From Squalus acanthias (Eukaryota): a stretch of 64,000 nt of DNA. This document shows, piece by piece, positions 11,378 through 23,682 of this stretch. The notes beneath the pieces were generated by a model, which was not told where the DNA came from, made no database searches, and saw only the letters and a program-made list of their open reading frames with translations. Both the position numbers and the translations under genes were made by a program. Positions within the stretch are counted from its first letter, which is position 1; each line of letters opens with the position of its first letter. The DNA lies in NCBI GenBank assembly GCA_030390025.1, contig CM059432.1:121584001-121648000 (forward strand), in the 5' to 3' direction.

Positions 11378-13067
11378 TGTAGAATTCGCAATATATCGCG
11401 ATTTTATAAATAAGGAGAAAACACATAGTTTCGTTCAAACAGCTTTATTTCAGCAGAATGCTGTCAGGTTTTCAAAGTGGACACGAGCAGCCTGTAAAAT
11501 GGCCGCCACGCCTCGTGGCAGAACATTCTAGACTTTTCGATAAGCAGACAAGATGGCGTTCCAATAAACATTTGTGCGAGATCGATCAAGACTCAGCACA
11601 TTTGAGATAATACACAAGACATTATGGGTTTGCAGTATACACATAAATACTGAAATCGGTCTCCCAGGTGCGAATAAGGGCTATTGTACCAAGCGATCAA
11701 GAACCCATCCAAAGACATTAATATGCAAAATCCCCACAACTCTACGATGAGAGAGCCATTAGCGGGTAGTTACAGAAAACATTTGGAAGCCCCAAAACCC
11801 CTCCAGGGAGAATACCGACCGGTTACACATTGGGAAAAGTATTAACAGGTACTCAGACAGTTACGAGTATCCCCGAAACCCATTAAAACGGAGATCACCC
11901 TATACAAGAAATTTGAGCGCCAAAACCCTAACAAAAGAAAAGACATTAAGGTTGGGCGGGAAAAGAAGAGTTTTTGCACTATAACCGTAAGCTACAACCG
12001 TCCATCTCTCTCTTGTTCGCTCGCCGTTTTGTTCCTGCCTCTTGACTCTTATCCTTTCGACTCCTTGCCGCTTGCCTCGTGTCTCTGCCTCTTGCAGCTT
12101 TTAAAGACTGTTGAACTTTACGATCCGCCAGGATCAGCCTCGTGGCTTGCCGCGAAGATCTGTGTGGAACTGGGCTGTGAAGCCTTGAAACGGGCACACC
12201 ATCCCGAGAAGTCGGTAAACGGTGTTGGAACCAAAGGCCCAAGATGAGATGAGATGAGATGAGAAGAGAAGAAGACGACCATACGTATCGCCACGGTCAG
12301 TAAGCCCCGACCGTGCCTGTAGGTCGAATAGACACTTTCCTTGCCCAGGAAGACTATCTTTTGAGCTTTACAGAACTGGCATCGGAAGACTATTCTTCGA
12401 ATTTTATCGAATCAGTGCGAGGGCACAGGAAGACTCTTCTTTGAGTAGTGTCGGAACTCCGAGGACAACACAGATCTTCATGACAGCAGACGGTCCAGCC
12501 TGCTAGCCGGAGCAGAAACGAGTAAACAAGTGGGGTACAGAGACCCCTGATCAACACGTGGGTGATCAGGTGCTGCGGTGAAAAACATCCGATCAGAGTT
12601 TTCGGAATTCTCCGAGTTATCACGAGTGGTGAGCATGAGTCTCGATCCTACAAATTTAGTTTAGAGCAGGTATTGATAGGGGAGGGTTTAAGTTTTAAGG
12701 ATAACTGTAATGTGTGCCCCCATTTACGATGTGTCGTTCGTTCCTCGTTTCCCTAAAATTAGTTACATAACTGCGTGTAAGATTGTACTGTCATTAATCT
12801 GTGCTTATGACATGTATTTTGTAATCTTGAATAATATGCAATAAAGATTTTCCATTTCGTACCATTCAACCGGGTTTACCTGAGTTTTCTATCCATTACT
12901 GCTCTCGCATCTAAGTCCAGTGTCAGAACCGTAAGGGCGAGTGGGTCGAACCACTCACAGGTGTCTAGTGCTCCCAGACTGGCTGGAGACCAGAACAGGC
13001 AACAAGGCCTAACCTCGCACTAGCACCCAGGCTGAGCACAGAGCCACACGGGTCAGAAACCCTTACA
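11378..13067 (+). mobile_element. Solo LTR of the provirus-B family (1690 bp)
   Basis: TGTAGAATTC...CCTTACA with AGAG flanking both ends. Near-identical to 53318-54936 apart from small indels. Confidence 0.95.
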
Positions 13068-13622
13068 AGAGATAAAGGGCAGCAAGCATAAAACATAAAG
13101 GGAAGCTTCTTATACTGGAAAGATGTGAGTGGTCTTCCACGGGAGAATGTGTTGAGGCTGCTGTTATTTACTATATACAGAAATGATCTGGACTTAGGAA
13201 TTCAGGGAACATTGAAATATTGAAATTTGCTGATTATATGAAATTGGGGTATGGCAAATTGGAAGACTTGAAAGACTGCAAGAAGACATATAGGCAAGTA
13301 GGATGGGCAGATAAGCAACAGATATACTTCAATGTAGATAAATGTGACACAATATACTTTGACAATAAGAATGTGATAAGTGAGGATTTTACCTGAATGT
13401 ATGTGAAGGATTAAATGGGTGAAGATCCTGCATTGCAGATTGTCGCCTTACTTTCCGATCGAGTTTACCCTGTTTTTTAGCCATTCATTAGGTAAACTAG
13501 ATTGAAAAATCTAGGCTAGAATGTTCTACAGTGTTACTGGCAGCAAATCGTTTGCTTTCTGCATGGATAAGAGTAAGAATCTTAAGCAACTCTCACATCT
13601 GTTCATTATTCATGCAGACAAG

Positions 13623-14075
13623 TCATAGAAATACATAGAAGTTAGAACAGAGAAACAGGCCATTCGGCCCAACCAGTCTGTGTCGGTGTCTGCTCCTCAC
13701 ACGAGAAAATAGTCCTAATCACATTTACCCATCCTGTTCCCATGTCCTCTTAATCCCTTTCCTTCAACCCATCTATCCAATCTAATCTTAAATGTTGAGA
13801 GTAGTTTCTGCCTCAACCACTAACCCTGGCTTAAATTCCATAGCTTCACAACTCTCTGTGTGAGAACTTCTCTCCTGGACTCTGTTTTAATCTCTTACAT
13901 TTAATCCAGCATCTACGGCCCATCGTTCTTGACCCCCCGAACTTTTGGAAACAGTCTGCTTCTATCAATCCTGTCCCAATCTTTCACAATATTAAACACT
14001 TCTCCCATATCGCCCCATAACCTGCATTGTTCTGATGAAAAAACCTCAGTTTCTCAAGTATCATGGATCTTGAGC
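13623..14075 (-). mobile_element. CR1 LINE 3' fragment
   Basis: TTCTATG-type tail and CR1 3' UTR stem (GGCCGAATGGCC); degenerate ORF2 end. Confidence 0.75.
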
Positions 14076-14079
14076 CTTA

Positions 14080-15200
14080 TCATAGAGTCATGGAGTCATA
14101 ACAGCACAGAAGGAGGCCATTCAGCCCATCGAGTCTGTGCTGGCTCTCTGTAGAGCAATCCAGTCAGTCCCATTCCTCCGCTCTATCCCCGTAACCCTGC
14201 AAGTTTATTTCCCTTAAGTGCCTATCCAGTCTCACCTTGAAAACATTGAGTGTCTCTGCTTTAACCACTTCCATCGGCAGCAAGTTCCAGGTCCTAACCA
14301 CTCACTGAGTAAAAAAGATTTTCCTCACGTCCTCCCTGTATCTCTTGCCCACAACCTTAAATCTGTGTCCCCTAGTCCTTGTACCATCAACTAGTGGGAA
14401 CAGCCTTTCCCCGTCTAGCCTATCCAAACCCATCATAATCTTGTACACCTCTATCAAATCACCCCTCAACCTCCTTTGCTCTAATGAAAACAAATCCAGC
14501 TTCTCCAACTGGTCCTTGTAACTAGGATCCCCCATCCCCAGAACCATTCTGGTAAATCTCCTCTGCACCCTCTCAAGGGCCTTCACATCCTTCCAAAAGT
14601 GTGGTGACCAGAACTGGACACAATACTCCAGTTGTGGCCTAACCAGCGCTTTATAAAGGTTCAGCATAACTTCCCTACTTTTGTACTCAATACCTCTATT
14701 TATGAAGCCCAACATCCCATATGCTTTGCTAACCACTCTCTCAATATGTCCTGCCACCTTCAGGGACCTATGCACATTAACTCCCAGGTCCCTCTGTCCC
14801 TGCACACTCTTTTAAAACTGTGCCATTAACTGTATATTGCCTCTCCCTGTTCCTTCTGCCAAAATGCATCACCTCACACTTCTTTGTATTAAATTCCATC
14901 TGCCAGTTGTCTGCCCATTCTGCTAGCCTTTCTATGTCCTGCTGCAGTCGATTGGTATCATCCTCACTGTTCGCCATCCCCCCAAGTTTGGTGTCATCGG
15001 CAAATTTAGAAATTCTACTCTGTATTCCAATATCCAGGTCATTTATATATATCAAAAAAAGCAGTGGCCCCATCCCCATTATCGTATCATGGTCACTACT
15101 CCCAAGGTGCTTACCCACCATTAGCTCATCTACCTGATCCATTTCATTACCCATGACCAGCTCTAGCAATGCCTCTGCCAGTGCAGGACCACGAACATAC
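14080..15200 (-). mobile_element. CR1 LINE, 5'-truncated and internally deleted
   Basis: [25 protein letters not shown] and LYKALVRPQLEYCVQFWSP. An endonuclease remnant (GSSDHD) is fused directly to the RT. Confidence 0.9.
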
Positions 15201-15519
15201 AAAGGCAGTAATTACAGGGTTTAAGAGTTACATCGAGCTAAGTCTTTGAGCTCTTTGGTAGCAATATTAAAATAATTATAATAATAAACAGCTTTATCAC
15301 TATTAAAATTCTTTTCATTTTACCATTCACTTCTTTTATTAATTTACTGAAGAAAATAAAGATTTTTTTTTAAATGACAAAACCGTTCTCCTGGCTGGAA
15401 GCTTGCCTGCTGAGAGTTTACACAGGGGAACGCACCCATGGTTCCCCGTACATTCCGTTTAATGGATAGACAATTGTGGAGATGGGAGCAGGCCTGTCAT
15501 TTTCCAATATGCTGATGAT

Positions 15520-15870
15520 GTTGTCAAACATGGGGCTGAGTAGAGCAGTCTGGGTGCTCAGGAGCTGGAATGGGGGTGGGGGCGGGTAGAAAAGGAGTAG
15601 GTACTGGGCTTAATCGCTGAGATGTGTTGGGTGGGGAGAGGGAGGAAAAACTACAGAGAATGAGATAGATGGAGGAGGCTTGGCCAGGGAAAGGGGAAAG
15701 TTTGGAGGATGCAGAAGCAAAAGTGGGGATAGTCTCTATTTTGGACACAAAGAAGTCTGTGCACTCCTCACATCTGGAGTCCAAGGTGAGGATAGCGGGT
15801 GCAGCGGAGAGAGGTCAGACAAGATGGTAGTGGTAGGGAAGGTGAGTTTTTTTCTGCTCTCCAATGTTAT
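15520..15870 (-). mobile_element. Degenerate L2-like LINE fragment
   Basis: Peptide CEECTDFFVSKIETI in pyrimidine-rich L2-like coding sequence. Confidence 0.5.
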
Positions 15871-16731
15871 AAATACACACTCATAGCTAGCTGTGCGACA
15901 TGATGAATACCTCTACTTATGAGGCTGACTATAAGATATCTGAACTGACCCATTTAAGATTGACTTGAATTTAGAAGCTACTCATTACTTATTCTCAAGA
16001 AGCCGTAGTTCTGATGTCTGAACTGTCTTGGTGGAAAATTTGCCACAAATAATACTTGCTCAAGATTAAACCTATCAAGGATTACGTTAACTTACCTCCA
16101 CAGAAATTTTAGAAAACAAGTTGGGTTTATTTATTCATAGAATACTGGGAACTAAAGTGTATTCCAGAATATCACACGATGCTCTAATCTAACTTCATAA
16201 TGTTTTCAGATAAAAATTTGGAGATTAATTTTGTAGCCAAAGATTAAATTATTGAAAATAGTAATTTTAAAAGGGAGAAAAAGCATTCAAAACTGAAACT
16301 TTTAACGTATTTGTACATTGACCCAATCAGTACTTGTACTGCACCTCCGTATAATCTACTAAGCCTTACAATGAAATGTTGATCCTTCATAGTGTGCAAT
16401 AACAATCCTGGGAACAATTGATGGACTGGGTTTCAGGCCCAGATTAAAACTCATCTGTTAGTTACACATGTAATGTGTTTCATTAGTTCTCCAACAAGTC
16501 TTCTGGTGACCACGCAGACACAGAGCACGTTGCTTCAGATAATGAATACCTGACACTGCTATCTTTTGGCAAGCCTGCATCTTACTGACTGCGTAGTCTT
16601 CTTGGCACTGACAGTTGAGGTCTTTTTACTACTCAGACCCCTGCTTGGTTGATCTTAAAAATAAAAAAGGTGGAGGACAGGATCTAGTACAGTTTGGGAA
16701 AGGATAACGTGTGAAAGGTGTGCAGGACTTT

Positions 16732-17615
16732 GGTCCAGAATTTGCTTCAAAAATAATGGCGAGTTTAATGCGTGAGTTTCTATGCATTTATTAATTTGCA
16801 GCGAGAAAGAAATACGCCGTGAGTTGTGAATCATCACAAATTGCGGGACCCTGTTAATGGGGTAATATATGTTTCCAATGACCTTCCACTTTGAAACCGG
16901 TTAGCAATTAATGATAATTGTTCTGCACATGCTGCATAAAGCACGCAACCAGGATGCAAGTTAAAATGGGGAAATTATAAAAGAAAATAAATCCTTCACA
17001 GAGAAACAAAAATGCATTCGGGAATACAACGAAATGATAGAACTGAAAGGAAACAAAGAAAGCACAGATTGAAAAGTGCTTTACTGGATGCGAATATCGC
17101 TGATTGAGAATACGTGGACTAGTAACTGGCTGGCAAAGCAAGAAATATTTTTGACCAGCAGAGAGGAAAATCATCAAATTTGATTGGTTGTGAATCGCTC
17201 TAAAATATATAGCTTTTGTGTGTAGATAGCAGCTGCCTTCGCTCCCTGAATTTCAAAACAATTTGAACCCTTGGCAGGAGGTTGTCTTATTCGTATGTTT
17301 ATGTATCATGTTCCATAGACAAAAAAAACTTAGAATGACACATTTTCCTGCATGTAATTCGGTGATATTTTAATAAACTTTGTTTAAATAATCAGATATC
17401 CAAGGTGCCACTTCAGAGCTTTGGTAACCATTCAAATTTCATTGGTTAAGGAGATAGACTATTGGTCTCATCGTTCACCCAAGTCACAGATGTCCCGGTG
17501 ACTGCGCCGCGCCGTTATCAACTCGCACTTCCAGCAATTTGCAGCGCAAAATTAATTTGAGCTGAAGGATGAGGAAAAAATCCAATTCACGGTGCTTACC
17601 AGCAAATTCTGGGCC
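16732..17615. mobile_element. Harbinger-type MITE (884 bp)
   Basis: 15-bp TIRs GGTCCAGAATTTGCT / AGCAAATTCTGGGCC (1 mismatch) with TTT on both flanks. No coding capacity. Confidence 0.75.
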
Positions 17616-17639
17616 TTTTTATCACTTTTGGATTTACTA

Positions 17640-19040
17640 AAGCTTGTGAGGGATGCAGGCAGGAAAGCTGCCAAAAGAAAGCATTTGTCAATTCAATCTT
17701 TGAAGTGATAATGACGTGGATTATGGTGATGGCAGCAGAGGAAGAAGGGTAAGGGTGAAAGGAGGCATGGTTTGTGCAGTGAATAAATGCAGTCTTGATG
17801 ACTGACCAGAGCTCACAGTTGGGAAAGTTGAGGGGACCACAGCTGGGGACACATAGGTGTGAGTATGAGCCAAAGAAATTGGCTTTGATTTTTCTGACAA
17901 CTTTGGAGCTCATAATGGAGGTGGAGTGGTAAGCCTCATTGGCATACATGTGAAAGCTGACCGCATGCTTGCAAATAATAGGGTAGATTTTATTCATTTG
18001 CACTCCCAGAGCAGAACTTCAACCCATTAAAAATGAATGAACAGAAGATCCTGCAAGACATCTTTGACCTCAGTGCTTGAATTCCTCATATACGTTCCTG
18101 GCATGCAAAGTCCTGTGCCAGAAGCACAAATTCAGAAGACCTACCCGAATGTCATTGAGAGGCACAGGTAGATGTTAAATTAGAGGGGGGCAGAGGATGT
18201 AGTCCTGGGACACATTCCAAATGACCTTGTGAGGACTGCAGAAGTCATTCAAAGAGATGTAATGGTGATAGGATTGGAACCAAGAGAGAGCAATACCATA
18301 AAGATGAGCATGGAGGCAATACAATGGGGGAGGATGGAGTAGGCAACAGCATTGAGGGCAATAGCGAGGTTGAGGGGAATGAGGAGTGACAACAAACTAT
18401 TGTTGCAATCACACATGATGTGAGTGACTCTGACCAGGGTAAGCTCACTGCTATGGGCATAATAAAAATTAGAATGGAGGGACTCAAACAGTGGATTGCT
18501 GGAGGGCTGGGGCAGAATTGAATGATGACTGACATGTTCAACAATCTAGGAGAGAAAAGACAGGTTGATGATAGAATGATAGTTTGAGACAGTAGAGGGA
18601 TCGTGGTAAGTTCTATTAGAAAGGGGTAATGACAATATGCTGACAGGAGTGGGAATGGTGACAGAGGATAGGGAAACATTGACAATGCCAGTGCGCAGAG
18701 AAATTAGAGAAGAGAGCTAGATACCCAAGAGTTGGGTTAGAGGGTGTGTGATGTAATAGGTAGTGAGGTTCATGGAGGAAATGAGTCTGCTGAAATGTGG
18801 AAGGGTAAATACTGGAGAAGCCGCATAATGGGGGAGAGGAAGGAAGGGAGTCAGAGAGAAGAGGGGTAAGGGGAGGAGCAGAGCAAACAGCAACAGCCAA
18901 GAAAATGACCTCAATTTTGGAGAAAAAAACAATCCATGCACTCCTCCCATTTAATGCCAGCGGTAGGGATGTAGGGTGCAGGGGTAAGGAAGGTCTGAGG
19001 AGATGGTTGGCGGTGAAAAGGAAAACTTTGCATTGCTCAT
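17640..19040 (-). mobile_element. Highly degenerate L2-like LINE (RT region)
   Basis: Remnants such as KHAVSFHMYA and PGLHPL (PQGSIL-like). Similar to the L2 piece at 33447-33895. Confidence 0.6.
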
Positions 19041-19827
19041 GGCTTCCAAGATAACAGTAATTAAAAATGACATTTATGTAAATTAAATAAGGGTTCTGTA
19101 TGTTTCAACTTCAAATCAGACGTATAAGGTTTAAAGAAGGATAATTGTAGAGCTTCAAATTCACATAACTGCCCACAGCTCAGCATTGTGTATTAACCCA
19201 GTGGAGAATTCTGCACCTTCAAAATTATATTTTGATTATTTAGGTTTGTCAAGGTAAATGTAAGCAAAGTGTTTTTGCAAACTTCCATTTTAGAATGAGG
19301 CTTTCTAAAATAATTGCATCGTTAACAATGAGGCAGTTAAAGATTGAAACCTTGTCTAAGCAAGCCTGTCTTTGGAGCTTTTTCAAGTAAGGAGGCATCT
19401 ATGCATTCCTGTTATTTTATGTTTTATAGGGTGGTTTCAAGGGAGGCCTGCAGAGTCAGGTACTGTGGGGGAGAAATTCAGTATCGCCCCATTTGGGGCG
19501 CAATTATCGGCCGGGTGCCAAGATTGGCGCCTGGCGCTAATTATCGCCTCCGACTGCAAACTTGACTTTTATCGCCCCTGGAGGTGATTGGAGCGCTAAA
19601 TCAGGTGCTACACACCTGTCTTAAGGCGCAAAGGCCGAGGAGCGAGGCGCTAACTCAGAGCGCGGGCGCAGCGCAGGTGCTGTCAGTTAGCGATGGAACA
19701 CAGACACACTGGCGCCGGACAGTTCTTAAAGGGGAGGGTCGATCTTACACTCCAGCCACACCCTGCTCATTGGAGCCTTGAATCTCGGCCTGGAGAGACC
19801 TGTGCCTAAATCTTCCAGCCAAGGACT

Positions 19828-21737
19828 ATGGAGAGGGTGAGAGAACGAGCTCAGCGCTTCAGCGAGCGGGCCTTGGATGCTCTGGTTGGTGCGGTGGAGC
19901 GCAGAAGATCTATACTCTTCCCTGAGAGTGGCAGGAGGCCTTTGCCGCGCGAGTACAGAAGAGTGTGGAGGGAGGTGGCTCAGAGCGTCTCCTCCAGGAG
20001 CATGGTGCCCAGGGCCCATATACAATGTCGAAAAAAGTTCATCGACCTCACTTGGATCGTCAGGGTGAGTGGCTTTTTTTCAATACCTCTCCATCCCTCC
20101 ATCTCAACCTCACTCTATGGCCAGAGGGTCTTAAAACCCCAATGCACAACACTCATCCAACACCTATGGCCCTCTCATGAAACACACACGCACATTCCAC
20201 ACTTTGCATACAGTAAGGGCTATTCACCTATGGGAGGCACATCAGGCAAGTCCATGGTTGCATACAGTAAGGGCTATTCACCTATGGGAGGCACATCAGG
20301 CGAGACCATGGCTGCATACAGTAAGGGCTATTCACCTATGGGAGGCACATCAGGCAAGACCATGGCTGCATATTTACTCAGACGCCGTCCTTTTTCTTGC
20401 AGGCCAAGCTATCTCATAATAGGAGACAGCAGCAACGGACGGGTGGAGGGCGGCCTCAGCTGCAACCCCTCAGCGATCTTGAGGCACGCGTCCACAGGAT
20501 TGTGGCAAGCCGGGTGATCGGTCCCGTCGCCACTGGAGATGCCGACCCCGTTCTGGACAGCAATGGTAAGGTCATCACCTTTTTGTCCTCTGTCCTTCCA
20601 CTTGTCCCTCACAACACCAGCCTTTGACACTTTCAATCCAACTTACTAAATCGCTGCACTCCTTCCTCCCTTACTGCCCCCCTGTCCTCATGCTAAAGCC
20701 ACTCTTGCACCTCCCTGCTTTCAGATGGTGATTCACCAGCTGAGGAGACGGGCCCTGAAGCAGCCAGTGGGAGTGAAGCTGCAGCCAAGGAGGAAGATGA
20801 AGCCGGAGCATCAGTGCCACTCTCTCCCGAGGAAGCCCATGCCCACACTGGGAGCACGCCTTCCCTGAAGGGGAGCAGGGGGGAAGGGTCTGATGAGGGT
20901 GAAGCTCCAGGACCCAGCGGGCTGCAGCAACGCGATGTGGCTAGGGAAGCTCGGGGGCCTTCTCCCCGGAGGGAGAGTATGCCAGCGAGTCCTACTGCAC
21001 TGGACGCAGAGGAGGAGCGGCTCATCACTGAAATGAACACCCAGGCGGTGGACATGCACACTGAGCTCATGGGTGCAGTGGGAAGGGTGCCCGAATGCAT
21101 TGAATCACTGGCAAGGAGTGTGGAGCACTTCGCTGTAGCACAGGCGGATGCCACACTAAAGCTTAGTGCTGCAATTCAGTCACTGGCTGCCATGAACCCA
21201 TCTCAGACTGCTCTCATGCAGACTCAGATTGAGGCCACACGAGCACTGACTGCTGCCATCCTCGATGGTTCGTACACATTTCCCCAGGGCTCTCACCGCG
21301 CCGCAGCAGGCCAGCAATCTGTGCTCCAGCAGATTGCTCCAGATGCTGAAGTGCTGCCCCGTGGGAGTGCCAGTGTGTCGGTCGAGCAGGGAGTTGCTGT
21401 CTTCTCTCAAGATGACAGCATTCCTGCTGCCACCACTGTCGCTTCTCCACTGCACTTGCCACCGCCTGTAGGACAGACTGCTGCCGCCCATGCAGAGTTG
21501 GTGCAGTCTGCAGCCGGGCCCTCCAGGCCCAGAGCTGATCGAGGCCGTCCTTCAAGGGCATCTGCAGTCTCAGGTTCTGACAATCAGCAGCCTTCCACCA
21601 GGCTTGCTGCAGCCACTGAGGTCCCATTACGGAGGAGCAGCAGGGTGGGAAGGGGGGGAAGTGCGCAAGGGAAGGAGATCACCCTCGAAGGGCAAAAAGT
21701 AGGAGGTGTGACAAAATGTTGGTCATTTTTTTATTAA
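19828..21737 (+). CDS. Harbinger Myb/SANT-like DNA-binding protein, 3 exons (19828-20064, 20403-20565, 20725-21737), ~470 aa, apparently intact
   Basis: RAQRFSERALDALV...W..VA..V....QCRKKFIDL motif. GT-AG junctions give one continuous frame. Confidence 0.85.
20205..20372 (+). repeat. 54-bp tandem repeat x3 in intron 1
   Basis: TGCATACAGTAAGGGCTATTCACCTATGGGAGGCACATCAGGC.. at 20205, 20259 and 20313. Confidence 0.95.
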
Positions 21738-21840
21738 AGGCTGAGGTTCGTGGTCAAACTTTTGAACATTATCTCCAGGTTATGAGAACCAGTTATGTTA
21801 ATGACTGTGTTTTTGTGTTTCTTTCTATTAGTTTGTCATA

Positions 21841-22230
21841 GTGGCATAGTGGTTGGCACTGGTGCCTCACAGCGCCAGCGGCCCGGGTTCGAATCTGGCC
21901 TCGGGTGACTGTCTGTGTGGAGTTTGCACATTCTCCCCGTGTCTGCGTGGGTTTCCTCCGGGTGCTCCGGTTTCCTCCCACAGTCCAAAAATGTGCGGGT
22001 TAGGTTGATTTGGCTATGATAAATTGACCCTTAGTGTTAGGGGGGGGATTAAATATGTGGGGTTACGGGGATAGGGTGGGATATGTGTCGGTGCAGGCTC
22101 GATGGGGATTCTGTGTGAGAAAGCAGGGACAGGGTACTGGATTTGGATGATCAGCCATGATCGTATTGAATGGTGGAGCAGGCTCGACGGGCCGAATGGC
22201 CTACTCCTGCTCCTAGTTTCTATGTTTCTA
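21841..22230 (+). mobile_element. tRNA-derived V-SINE (HE1-like) followed by a CR1-type 3' tail
   Basis: A/B boxes (TGGCATAGTGG, GGTTCGAATC), V-domain GTGTGGAGTTTGCACATTCTCCCCGTGTCTGCGTGGGTTTCCTCCGG, and TTTCTATG tail. Confidence 0.85.
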
Positions 22231-22303
22231 AGAAATGACACACACAGAGTTTGTGAAATAAATAAGTTTTTGTATTCAAAATGTACATGCTTGGTCTTTG
22301 GAA

Positions 22304-23578
22304 TCATTGCTGCCTTGGCCGGCTTAGAGGTTGCGGGTTGGTTTCATTCATGTTGTTCTCAATGGCAGAAGCCATTTCCTCAGCAGGGGCCTTGAAGCGG
22401 CTTGCTATCAGCTGTTGACAGACGGCCCTTCCAGTTTCTACATTGTGGGCCTCCCTCCCGCCTTGGTGCTGCTGATGATCATCCTCCTCCTCTTCCTCCT
22501 CCTCCTCTGGTGGTGCTCCAAGACCTGGTGGCATTGGCTGGGTCCTGAGGATTGCCAGGTTATGCAGCATGCAGCACACAACTACGAAGTGGGAAACTCG
22601 CTCAGGCGAGTACTGCAGGGCTCCTCCAGAATGGTCCAGACAGCGGAACCGTTGCTTGAGCATGCCGATTGTGTTCTCAACAATGTTCCTGGTAGCTTGA
22701 TGGCTCTTGTTGTACCGCAGCTCAGCAGGGGTGCTGGGCGTACGGAGCGGTGTCATCAGTCAGGTGCTCAGTGGATATCCCTTGTCCCCGAGAAGCCAAC
22801 CAACTGGCTGATGCGGTGCCTGGAAAAGTTCTGCCACAGTAGTCTGGCGCAGGATGAATGCATCGTGGCAGCTGCCAGGATAGTGGGCATTGACAGCGAG
22901 TATCAGCTGTCTGTGGTCACAGACCAACTGGACGTTTAAGGAATGGAACCGCTTTCTGTTGCGGAAATCCTCGGCATTCTCATGCAGAGCACGCAAAGCC
23001 ACATGCGTGCAGTCAATGGCGCCCTGCACCATGGGGAAGCCCGCTATCCTCGCAAAGCCCATTGCGTGTTCTTGCTGCTTGTCTGGGGTCATGGGGAAAG
23101 AGATGTACTCTCGTCTCCTTTTAAAGAGGGCATTTGTGACCTGACGGATGCAGCAATGCACCGCGAACTGGGAGATATTGGCGATGTCCCCAGTAGCTGA
23201 TTGAAATGAGCCAGTGGCATAAAAGTTCAGAGCCACTGTGATCTTCACTGCCACCGACAGAGACGTCCTGGACCTCAGTTGAGGCTGCTGATCTGGCTGC
23301 AGCAGACGGCAGAGCTCAGTGACTACTTCCTTGCTGAAGCGCAGCCTTCGCAAGCACTGCTCCTCAGACATATTAATATATGTGAATTGTTGGCGATATA
23401 CCCTGGGAGGGTAAGGTCTCCTGTACGGAGGCCTGTTGGCCCTTCTCCATCTGGCCATGATTGCCATTCTCTCTCTACGTCTCTGTGTCCTCCGATTCTG
23501 GTGGCGCAGGACGACGCCCCCAATCAGTGCAGCCCCCAGAGTCTCTTGGCAATCAAAGTTATGAAGGTCAAAAACCAA
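22304..23578 (-). pseudogene. Harbinger (HARBI1-like) DDE transposase with one in-frame nonsense codon at 22760-22762
   Basis: GAIDCTHV, SLNVQLVCD, YPGSCHDAFIL, LLGDKGYPLST*LMTP, TRNIVENTIGMLKQRFRCLD and CCMLHN motifs. Confidence 0.93.
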
Positions 23579-23642
23579 AGTACCTGCAAAGTTATGATTA
23601 GTAGCTAAAACTACCTCACACAGCGTTGACTCAATGCAGAGG

Positions 23643-23682
<40 letters not shown>

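Larger units (their letters stand above)
8240..13400 (+). mobile_element. Old degenerate CR1 LINE ORF2 split by three later insertions (pieces ~8240-8387, 9281-9337, 10794-11377, 13068-13400)
   Basis: Remnants IAEILNKYF, MDFQQAFDKI, LLFTIYRNDLD and LKFADY run on across the TSD-bounded insertions. Confidence 0.7.

Noticed and set aside
12390..12756. ORFs inside the LTR (also 53951-54626)
   Set aside because: Shared only because these two LTRs are near-identical; not preserved in the diverged A LTR.
20205..20372. 54-bp repeats as a CRISPR-like array or coding repeat (ORF 19828-20517)
   Set aside because: No unique spacers. It is a simple tandem duplication inside a GT-AG intron, and the long ORF is intron read-through.
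21841..21900. tRNA gene
   Set aside because: It is the tRNA-derived head of a SINE, continuing into the V-domain.
22304..23578. Domesticated host HARBI1 gene
   Set aside because: Lies between TIRs with a TSD and a partner Myb gene, and carries a nonsense codon.
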